Shown here: positions 38,343-48,692 of the stretch, in pieces
Numbering within the stretch: the stretch's first letter is position 1
Layout: each line of letters starts with the position of its first letter
Assembly (NCBI GenBank): GCA_004022145.1
Contig: RCNU01000001.1
Source of the DNA: Paecilomyces variotii
Lineage: Eukaryota
DNA: 64,000 bases
Reading direction: 5' to 3' (one strand)
Notes under the pieces: model-generated
What the model was told of the DNA's origin: nothing
What the model saw: only the letters and a program-made list of their open reading frames with translations
Databases searched by the model: none
Translations under genes and position numbers: made by a program

Positions 38343-38726
38343 CATATAACCCGCACGTGGTGCGATTTTTTTTTTCTTTGTCTTCCTAAACATCCTTGTT
38401 TTGTTCTTCTAGCCCCGTAATCAACGAGACCATATCGATGAAATATATACGTAGAATCGACCATATAAAATCCCTCATCCCCTCCCCCCCAATCTCTACA
38501 ATAGAGTTAGCACACACACACACGCAATATAATAATAATTCACCATATTCTACATCAACATTCCATCTTACAAAGTAAATAAATACATACATACATACCC
38601 ACTAAGTAATTTTTCCCCTTCCCATATCAAAAACAAGACATACTCGTACTCGTACTCGAAAAAAAAGCAAGGACCAATCTAAAAGAAAAAGAAAAAAATA
38701 ATAATAATAATCGGGCCAAAAAAAAA

Positions 38727-38798
38727 TGGAGTTGCGGGGAATCGAACCCCGGACCTCATCCATGCTAAGGATGCATTATACCACTAAACCACAACCCC
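38727..38798 (-). tRNA. tRNA-Ala(AGC), acceptor variant GGGGTTG/CAACTCC
   Basis: Same body as the copies at 19.7 and 20.3 kb with one compensatory base-pair change; T-run terminator. Confidence 0.97.
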
Positions 38799-39801
38799 AT
38801 TTGATGAAAGAAGGGTCGGGAAATATGTTACATATACCAAGATTATTGGCTGTTTAGTTCAGTTCTCAGTTAGACGATGGTAGTTACTGTAACTATGCTT
38901 GTAATTTTATCGAGAGTAGATTTAAATTAAGGTGTGTAGCCGGTAGGTAAGTGCATATTCTTGATGACTAGGTAGCTCATTATTCCAATCCTACTCTTTG
39001 AGCAGCATACTTAGGTGGTGGCATTAACTTGAAAGTGTTAATTGCTTTGGTACTCCGTATTTCATTTGTCGTAAGAAGATGGATAGTTAGAAAGTGCAAG
39101 CTATTGTTATTATTATTGAGTTACCATCTACTATTTACGATATAATGCTCAAGATTAAGATGATAAGATGATTACCATGTGGTATTTAAAAGAAAAGTAG
39201 CTAACAATCTCCATGCCGAAGCACTCTGGTATTTCTAAGTACGTTGGTGCAATATAGACGCCTGTGAACTATTTCCCTTTTCGCCAATTTGAACAGAACA
39301 CCGCACCCAGATACTGTGGAAAAAACAAGCAGTAATCCCAGAGAAAGCTCTCTGTTCGAGCTGGGTATAATAAAAAACAAATGCTTTTGATCACGTAATT
39401 CAGGTCATTAAAATGTGTATGTTCAATGCGATTTGCAAATTCCAAGGGGAGGAAAAAAGAATCCCTCTCGAACAGCCCATCATGACGCGTTCGAAGGGTC
39501 ATGAATGATCGAACAGTGAGACGTCGCGGACGTCGAGACTAGGTCTGGCGAATTAAGGAGTAGACGGTAGTCAGAACGGGAAGCTGATGGACCGTGGTTG
39601 ATGTCAGTTCCAACGGCATCCGCGGTTCTGGCGTCCCATGGATGATAAACGCGCAAGCAACTTTAATTGTCCCAAAGCACACAGGCGAACCAGGCCCCCG
39701 GTCTTAATGACTAATAGCAGATTCATGACTTCGTAAGAGTTCCGGTGCAGTCCAAACAGGGGATGCAGATGGAACTATTGCAAACCGAAAGATGAGCGGT
39801 T

Positions 39802-41454
39802 TCACCGTACAACACCCTGTGCGACATCAGACGAGTCGCCTTCGTCTTCGGGATGAGCACGACCTCTGGTCTCAATTGGTGGTCCGGCAACGAGGTCGTC
39901 GGTGGTCAGTCGTGCCCTCTCCTGAGGACGACTCTCCATGCTTTCCATTGATGGTCGGGAGGACCTGGTGGAGTCACCATCAAGTCGCAAGTGCTCCATC
40001 CTCTCGAGGTCCTGGTAGTCAGGGAGCGGTAGTGGAGAGCCTCGGTAATCTTCCATGGTGCTGTTGACGTCCAAAATCGCGTATCCGGGAGGGCTGGCAG
40101 GTACATCGTTGTAGACAGGTGGCATCTCCTCGTCCCAGCTGATGCCCAGTCCACTCCGCTCGGTGACGTGCAGGTGGAACTGCATCCGGAGAACACGGGC
40201 AGCTCCGGTGGGCGTGATAAGTTTGGTGTTGCGGTTGGGGCAGAACTCCTCGGCGACGATAAGTTCGATCACCAGATTGTGCTTCACCTCTAGTCCACCG
40301 GGGGCGTCCATATCACACACTGGGTTGCAGCCAGGTTTGATGTTCGCATCGAATTCCATCGTAATCTCACCTCCAGCGGTGTCGAAGTCCGTTTTCCATC
40401 CACTCTTCTCCTCATTGTGTCCGATGATTCTGGTTTCCTGGTGCAGGACTCCCTTTCCTTCCCCGCCGACCTTGTGAGCATGTTTCGCGCAAGCAGTGGA
40501 GATGATCTTCTGGTGCTCTTCAATGCGCCACATCATCTTTCGTAGGCGCCATCTCGTCTGGGTCTCCTCGCCCTTGTCGACCACTCCGCTCAGAGTCATT
40601 TGAACCGGGAAGGTTCCAATGGGATGGACGACGGAAGGAAGCACCACCCGACCGGTGAGATTAGTGGGAGGGAAGATGCGGATGGAGGACTTGTCATTTC
40701 CGGGCAGAATGGCGCGACGGATCGTCAACGGTGTCTGGAAGGTAAACTCCTCTCCAGTCGAGGTCAGGGCCCTGGCCGAGAGCTTATATTCTACCCCTCC
40801 CAGTGTGCCATTGGCAGAAGCGGGGAGATGGCCGGGGAACAAGTAACTGAAAGGATAGTCATGTTTACCGCGCTGCAGCTTGGCGGGTTCTGTCAAGAAA
40901 TCCCACTCACACAGCGGTTCTGTGCGGGTGGAACAGTTGGGGCAGTCCCTCGAGACTGGCTTCTTCGTGCTGATACTGGATGTCAAGCGCATCTCAAGCT
41001 TCTGGAGAGTGACCGCTCCAGGGATCTCCGCCACATCGATCAGGAGACGGCCAGACATCAGAGCGCCGCTCGAGTTTGCTGGACTGCCATAGAAGACGAG
41101 AGGCGGGGATTCGAAGATGACGTCCAGCTGGGCCGGAGGCTGATGAGACTCGTCTCTGGCTGCTGGACGCTCCTTTGACCGCGACGAACGCCCCAGGCTG
41201 CGGCGCTTCTCCTTGCTTTCCTTGTGGGGGTGGATGAGAGATTCGAGAGATTCCATGGAGAACGACAGACGACGCTCAGGGATTAGAGCCTGCACGGCAT
41301 GAGCATTCGCGGGTTGCTTCCGCGACACCGTTTGGTGGGAGATTTCGTTGACTGACGACGATGAAGAGTTGTTGGAGTGTGTGGAAGCGGTAGCAGAATT
41401 GTGTAGAGAAGAGGCGACGGGCCGGACGAAATTAGGGAGGAGACGGCCGGGCAT
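39802..41454 (-). CDS. LDB19: Alpha-arrestin, Ldb19/Art1-like Rsp5 adaptor
   Basis: 550 aa ORF. FESPPLVFYG..SGALMSG, YPFSYLFPGHLP, RIFPPT, WRLRKMMWRIEE, PTGAARVLRMQF and ERSGLGISWDEEMPPVY; PY-type motifs PPVY, PPGY and LPDY. Confidence 0.85.
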   Translation of the reverse strand: MPGRLLPNFVRPVASSLHNSATASTHSNNSSSSSVNEISHQTVSRKQPANAHAVQALIPERRLSFSMESLESLIHPHKESKEKRRSLGRSSRSKERPAARDESHQPPAQLDVIFESPPLVFYGSPANSSGALMSGRLLIDVAEIPGAVTLQKLEMRLTSSISTKKPVSRDCPNCSTRTEPLCEWDFLTEPAKLQRGKHDYPFSYLFPGHLPASANGTLGGVEYKLSARALTSTGEEFTFQTPLTIRRAILPGNDKSSIRIFPPTNLTGRVVLPSVVHPIGTFPVQMTLSGVVDKGEETQTRWRLRKMMWRIEEHQKIISTACAKHAHKVGGEGKGVLHQETRIIGHNEEKSGWKTDFDTAGGEITMEFDANIKPGCNPVCDMDAPGGLEVKHNLVIELIVAEEFCPNRNTKLITPTGAARVLRMQFHLHVTERSGLGISWDEEMPPVYNDVPASPPGYAILDVNSTMEDYRGSPLPLPDYQDLERMEHLRLDGDSTRSSRPSMESMESRPQERARLTTDDLVAGPPIETRGRAHPEDEGDSSDVAQGVVR

Positions 41455-44400
41455 GGTGGGCGAGCTTCACGCCTTGGGTGAAGAAGTTAAGGATGTAGAC
41501 TTAAGATCCCCCTCCCCCAAGAGATAAGACAATCAGGCTATTCCCTTGTATAAAAAAAAAATTCAGATAGCCAATGGCGAGTGGTGAATGGCGCGGACAG
41601 TGGCTTTGTCCGAGTGACGTTTGCGGAAAGAGACGCTCTCTGCGGATGCGACGTAGAAAGTGCAATTGAAGTATAAAATGCGGATTCGGCAGCTATAGTC
41701 TTCGAGTTGATGAGATGAGTGAGAAGAAAGACGTGGCACGACGGTTCACATATACATCGTCCTCCGCGCGAGATCCTGCAGCAATGACGGCAGCGCAGGC
41801 GCAATCTAGACTGGGGAAGTCGTGATCCAAGTCCCTGTGGTGAGATGTGCGTGAGATGGAAGCGGGTTATTCTTAGGCAGTATGCGCGCAGCAAACAGGG
41901 TATCAAAGATGAGAAGCGAGTACGCAAAGTCGTAGTGTCAAAAAGTCTCAAGTAGAAGTAATAATAATAATACTACCAAGATCGTATTCTACGACTCCCT
42001 GGTGGGCGCCAGGGAGGTTTTGTAGTCTATGTCTCGAACAAAACATTTGCCAGGCGGCAAGGGGCCACCGAGGACCCAGCAGCCAACGTCTTTCCCAGAT
42101 CCATCTAAGCTTCGACCAAGGAACGAGTTTTTTCTCCGTCGAGACTTTTTCTTCTTTTTTTTTTCAGACCAGGTGGTTCATTCCAGGGCATTCGGAGCGT
42201 ACCTTGACGGCCTAGCCACCGATGCTCGCGGACAAGTGGGGTCTCGTTTCGAATCGACAGGTCTCGACACCGTCTCGTTTCTTACCGGATACCATACCAT
42301 ACCATCATCATACAGCCAGCGGGATGACACCATCTGGGTTTGGAGGAGTACTATGATTAGATACCTACCTAACCTAGGTATGACCCTGACTCATTTTGCC
42401 CTCATCAACATGAAACAGAAAAGGACCAAAAGAAAGCTTCATCTTATGAAAGTCTAGAACTCCTAGTAATAATTCGTCAGATGTGTATACTGCTCTTGAG
42501 ACGTACTCATGGTCCAAGCAAAAGCAAGGGTAGTCTAGATAGAAATCACCCTGCAGTGTGCACACTATGGTAACTGTTGTTGCAGGGTTAACTACTACTA
42601 ACTACTCCACTGCATCAGGTCATGCTTCCCATCCAACTCTGACATGCGGGGTAGATACGGCTGTACTGTACTTGCGACGGACATATGATCGATCGCCTTG
42701 ATCAAGAAGAATAGCATACTAACGACCGTGCATTGTTGATGACTGGATGGATGCAGTACATAGATGCCGTCGCCGGGGAATCGGAGACGAGTCCCTGACT
42801 CCCTGATCACCTCCGGGCGAGAGTTTAGGGTACGTGGCCTGTCACGTGCTGAACCAAGTAGATAGGATGGCAATCTGTGAGATCGAGATGAGCAATGGTG
42901 TTGACATTCCGCGCAATGCCAGGATCATCTCGTGCTATGCGCTTGACGTGTCGCAACGGTCACCCGCCATCGCCGTCATCGGCTCATCACGTGGCGCCAT
43001 TGTCAGGCTGTTGACCGCCCAGGAACTTGTAGCCGGACTGGCACTGCCGCTTTGCCGGACCCAGCATGCACCATGGGCAATACCGATTGTGACGATCACA
43101 ATACGGTAACAATACGGCTGCGAACAAAGAAGGCGCAGCCCTATTTGGCGATCCCGCGGGCGCCAGGATGCTCCACCAGACACGCCGGGCTGCCATTGGC
43201 TCCCCTGCAGACCCAGGGAAAATTCTGAGGATTCTGTTCTCCTCGCTGCTTCCTGTTTGGGCTCCTCGTCGCTTAACCCCGCACTGTCTGCTCTGCCGGG
43301 CCCGCGGGGATTATTATTATTATTGCGCAGGAGAGCAGCTCGGCTATCCTCATATTATTATACTGTAGTATGTTATTGCATTTGGCACATGAACTCGACC
43401 CCCTTTCTGCACAGGGGTCACTACAATTTTCTCGAGAATCTAGGCTGTCTCAATATCTTTTAGTTTGGCCACTTGGTGCTCTGTGCGCTCGTTTCTGGGG
43501 GATGATGCAGCGTGATGACAGCTGGGATGGCAGACTAATTACCTAACAGCTTTGTTCTCATTGCAAGTCCGGGGTCAACAAGCTTAATGCGCTACCTTTC
43601 TCCCCTGCCACGTCGTCCATAGAGATCTCGCCATCGGGAGCGTGGCCGTGTTTCGACGCCAGAAGTCAGGGTCTGGTCTCTACTCTAAGCTTACTACTCT
43701 ATTACTACGTACTACTACTAATCATACATGATGATACATACTCCTCCCCGAAGCGCATCACGCTCGATCCAACGGGTACCTTGCGAACGTGCTTCGCGCG
43801 ATGGAGACGGATTCGTTGAAGCTCTCCCGGTGCAATCATCGGGAAGATCGCACCATTCATCCCTGGCCCGGTACCCTCGTGGTCTGATGGAGAGTAGGTA
43901 TGATCCTACCTCCTTGTTAGGGAGATTAAGATAATTTCGGACTCGCTCCCGGCCCATGACTCCCGGATGCCGGGCCGTGGATATTATTGGGTCACGACTT
44001 GCGGTGTGTTCTACCCATAACATACATTTTTGCTCTGATCTATACTGAAACATCTCCCTCTGCAACAGCGTATCTCAGTTATCAATCTAAACGACGAGTA
44101 TAGCCGGCAATAATAAAATACGCCGTCTCCACCGTCGTCCATGGTTCCCGGTCTGGATGCCGCACTTCAATCCACAGCAGGAGACCGCTGGTGTCGGCTG
44201 CTCTACGGCGCTGTAGTAGATCTGTCGTCCAGCGGGTAGATTTTTTTTGACTAGGTATCTATCTCCATACAATGCCCTATCTCGAATGGTGCCCGCATCA
44301 TGGCCGTCGTTGCGAAGCCAGATCCACCTACACACGCCCGAATACTACGTTGCGCCAGCAGTTGCCATGGAACAAAGCAATCCATCTTTTCGTATTCTAT

Positions 44401-45730
44401 CCACCGGCAAAACCATGTGAGGAATTATTGTTATTTAGGTCCAGTACGGTGCTTTATTATTGTGGGAAAATTATGGCTGAAAAGCACACCATCCTACAAC
44501 CCGGGATTCTGCACCCGAATCGCCTGATTTGGCCCTTTCATGTCGGCTTTAGTCAACCGTCACCACATCGTTAGGGCGTACTGTTCTCGAGGTTGGTCTT
44601 ATGTAACGCCCCGTTGCAGTAACTAATTAAAATAATACCCTTCTGGGTCGCACGGTTGTCCCTATTTCTGTCAATTCGTGACTCATTTTGCGCTCTATAA
44701 TAATAATAAAAAAAAATTAATCAAACCCTCAAATATGCTATGTCGCTCTTACACCGCACCGCCTGGAAAAGTCAGCCATACCCACTTGTCTATCGGGCGA
44801 GACTCGACACCGAGTGGACCGCATCGCAGCCCCTGGAGGCATTTTTTCCGCTTCAGGAATTCTCACGCTGCTTGCTCGGCATCCAGAAGTTCCTCGCGAT
44901 CTCTATTTTGAGCACCAGGCGACGGCGCGTCCTACTATTGGCTCCGTAGGCCGCCGGCGTCTGTGTAGAATATTTTTGGCTGGCGGGCCCCTCGATTAAT
45001 TCTTCCATCGGCGGGTCTTGCCTTTGCTAAATAAATTCTGCCGTGTCTTCGGAGGTCTCCGTCGGCCGCTGCTAACCGCTGCCAGATCTACTAACTATCT
45101 AGTAGTAGTAGGAAGTCCAGAGCATTATTATTGTTGCCATCTCTTCTTCGAACTAAGCGCTGGCGCATGGCTTCACACAATATCATTAACTAATTAACCA
45201 ATTGTTAGTTTGCTGGAGATCTCATCCTTTAATTTACCTGCTACATTACCCATTTGCAGCGGGTTCATTGCTATAGGATATGTAAATACCTACCTGACCA
45301 GGTTCCCAGGCTCTGGGCCAAGGTCGGGCAAGCAACTTGCGAGCTTGGAGAGGTCCAATATTCCGTTTGCTTTTCATGCCATTTGGGATATAGCGACTGC
45401 TCTGTGTGGATATTCTCGACGTAATAATAATAATCTAAATGGTATTAGCTGCTTAAGAAAGTCAGCCTTTACTTCCCCGCGGAAATAATACTATCGCTCA
45501 GAAATATATATTATATATCGCACGGGAAGGTAACAACAATATAACCCATAAGAGGGCGTAGGCGTTGCGCTATCAATCATTTAAACCCAATATGCAAGAT
45601 ATAATACTATATTAACATCTCTATTATTATTGCTATCTATAGATATGCGTCTTTATCTGTCTTACCGAAAAAGGTGACTCTCTAGAGATTCCCCTCTTAA
45701 ATCGCATTGAGGAGCAGACTATCATCCAAT

Positions 45731-45802
45731 GGGGTTGTGGTTTAGTGGTATAATGCATCCTTAGCATGGATGAGGTCCGGGGTTCGATTCCCCGCAACTC
45801 CA
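45731..45802 (+). tRNA. tRNA-Ala(AGC), identical to 38727-38798
   Basis: GGGGTTG...CAACTCCA followed by a T-run. Confidence 0.97.
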
Positions 45803-46625
45803 TTTTTTGCCGATTTAATATTTTTTGTCTCCACGAAGAGGAGGGATGTGTCTAGTTTATATATACTGCTACCTACTGACATTGTGCAGTATTTTCATTT
45901 TTCCTCTTCGTTGTTGGTTGTATATCTATCATTGTTGATGTCGGAGGAAGTTAACGAGTGACCTTGGTAGAAAAGTATCGCGTGAGCCATGATGGAGCTC
46001 CTCTATTCAGGTTAAAGAAAGTATACGGATAGTAATATGTTTTCTGGTAAATGCCGTTTAAGTCTCAGATATAATCATCTCGTCCTGGGGTATAACCCTG
46101 TAGTTACTATGTAGTATTACTTCAACTACTTATAGTCTACATAGTACATACAAACATACCAACTCTACCCCTCCCCCTTTTCCTCCGGGTGTTTTATGCC
46201 ACGTTACATGTTCGTGATTGGATCTTCAATTGACTTGATTTCTCATCGGAGAAACCAAAAGATTTCATGATACCTCTCGCATAATTCTTTCCTGCGTCAA
46301 CAGCAAAGAACGGGGATCATTAATTGGTGCTATGTTATGGTGATGTCGGCTGCGCATCGTCCGTTTCGCCGCATCGTGACCCATCCCGACTCTCCGCAGC
46401 TCCGCTCCATTTTATTATCATCGCTTCGATAACGGCGACACCCTCTCTTTGCTTTCTCCTCTTGCGACGCGACGCGACGCGCAATTGGGTGCCGTCGCTT
46501 GACAATCCCAATAATTAAACTATAACTATCCTATCCAATCCAATCGCATATGATCTTCAATTGACGACGCAACCACCACCCTCACCTCCGTGTCGAGTCG
46601 AACTCGACATTTTGCCTCTCCCGCA

Positions 46626-47788
46626 ATGTCAACCTCGACATTATACACGCTCGCTCTCACATTACCTCTAGTCCTGATCTTCTGGACATTGTCGTCGACC
46701 TCTGGGTCTCCCTTCGGGAGCTCTTTTCCGCGACTGTACAATAAGCGGATATGTCTGCTCATCGCGCATCCGGATGACGAGGCGATGTTCTTTGCGCCGG
46801 CGCTGTTGGCGCTGACGAAGCCGGCGTTGGGGAACCATGTGAAGATTCTGTGTTTGAGTACTGGTATGTGAAGAAGATGTTTCTCCTTTGGGTTTGAGAT
46901 ACATTGGAGGATCACGGGGAAGGAGTGGCTTGTCTGATGCTGCGCGAAAAGCTCAGCGGACAAGTTACGATCTAGATCAATGGCGCAATTGCTGCTACAC
47001 TACATTACATACCTACATACCAGGAAACAAAGGAGAAAACATGCTAATAGATATATTTCCTTCCAGGCGACGCCGACGGCCTCGGCCATATCCGACAAAA
47101 AGAGCTCCAAAAGAGCGCCCAGCATCTCGGCCTCCGCAGCGAATCCGACGTCTTCATCGTTGACAACCCGGCCCAATTCCCAGATAGCATGTCGAAAACC
47201 TGGTCTGAAAACGACATCGCATCTCTGCTCGCATCGGCCTTCGCCCCTAACATCTCATCATCCACCCCCTCGGCAAACGGCTCATCATCCTCGCGCCGAA
47301 AACAAAATACATCCGATAACGACGCCCCCTTCGCGACAATCGACGTCCTCATCACGTTCGACAAGCACGGAATCAGCAACCACCCCAACCACCGCTCTCT
47401 CTACTATGGCGCCCTGGCATTCCTCCGTACTCTCATGAAGGGAAAAACAGGCTACTCCTGCCCCGTGACGCTCTACACACTTAGCACGACGAACATCGTG
47501 CGCAAATACGCCGGTGTGCTCGATGCCCCTGTGACGATGCTCGTTGGCGCGCTGAGTAATCTACGATCCGCCCTCGGAGGATCTAGAAGTGGGAAATCGA
47601 GATCGAGCACAGGCGGCGGCGCGACGGCTCCGGAGCGGTTATTGTTTGTGAGTAATGTGAATGAATGGCTACGTGCACAGGGGTCGATGGTGAAGGCGCA
47701 TAAGAGTCAGATGGTTTGGTTTCGATGGGGCTGGATCACGATTGGGAGGTATATGGTCGTGAATGATCTGAGGAAGGAGAAGATTTGA
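46626..47788 (+). CDS. GPI12: GlcNAc-PI de-N-acetylase (PIG-L/Gpi12), 2 exons
   Basis: N-terminal TM segment, IAHPDDEAMFFAP, LCLST|GDADGLG, ITFDKHGISNHPNH and AHKSQMVWFR; intron about 46865-47066. Confidence 0.93.
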
Positions 47789-47993
47789 ATTGAAAATGAA
47801 AAAAAAAAAAAAAAAAGTTACTGCCAATGATGGAATTGGTGTCCTACTCTACTCTACACTACAATACCATATAATGTATGTATGTGTAGCATACATATAC
47901 TGCGGAAGTAGTGTATGTACAGTACAGTACATATACTGCCTAGATTTATAAGGAAAGCCCCAGAAATCAGGATGGACGGAAGGAAAGAATGAT

Positions 47994-48017
47994 GATGGAT
48001 GGATGGATGGATGGATG
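47994..48017. repeat. (GATG)n microsatellite
   Basis: About six tandem GATG/GGAT units. Confidence 0.85.
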
Positions 48018-48692
48018 GACTGTATATAATAATGTATCTTACGCTTATGCCATGTACATATGTAATTTTCATTTACACATTGGTTCTTCCCTCTTTCTAC
48101 TTTCAACTATGTAATATAGACAGAAGCGTACACTGATGTAGTGAGCAACTTACCATAGCTGAAATAACCCGCCCCCCCTACCTTCGAGAGCAGAGATATC
48201 ACATCTCACATCACATGGTCAATACTCTTACTTCGTCCGAGAAAACTACAACTATCGAAATTGAAGCTGACAGAGAAAGAATATCATTGCTGATAATGAA
48301 ATACATTCAACATCGCTAATAAAGAAAACCTCATTTTCCTTTCCAGATCCGCCTTTTTTTTTGTTCCTCGCTTTTTTCATACCTTACACTGACTGATTAG
48401 TTTTCGCGATGTTGAAACAAAGGAAAGATAAGAGACATGATACATGAGGAATCATTAGAAATGGGGTAGGAAAAGCATTAGGTCGTAGATGGAAGTAAAT
48501 GAAATTAAGAGGATCGCCGATCCTGTTTGATGTAAAGAAAAGAAAAGAAAGAAGGGATAAGGAATAAGAGATGCATTATGAAGTTGGAAGGGAATTGGAA
48601 TTTTTCGTTTGGGGTATGTGCATAAAAAGCCGAAACAAAAAGAGAAATATGTAAAAAAAGGGCATAATAGAGAGGGAGCGAGAGACGACGGC

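Larger units (their letters stand above)
29248..38351 (+). mobile_element. Mutator-like (MULE) DNA transposon, 9.1 kb, two genes plus a nested element
   Basis: 356 bp TIRs at 29257-29612 and 37987-38342 (13 mismatches by eye). Direct repeat CGCACGTGG at 29239-29247 and 38352-38360, each 9 bp outside the TIR. DDE transposase inside. Confidence 0.88.

Noticed and set aside
29248-38351. Starship or other tyrosine-recombinase element
   Set aside because: Has long TIRs, a 9 bp duplication and DDE/CxxH motifs; no DUF3435-like captain seen, and the element is small.
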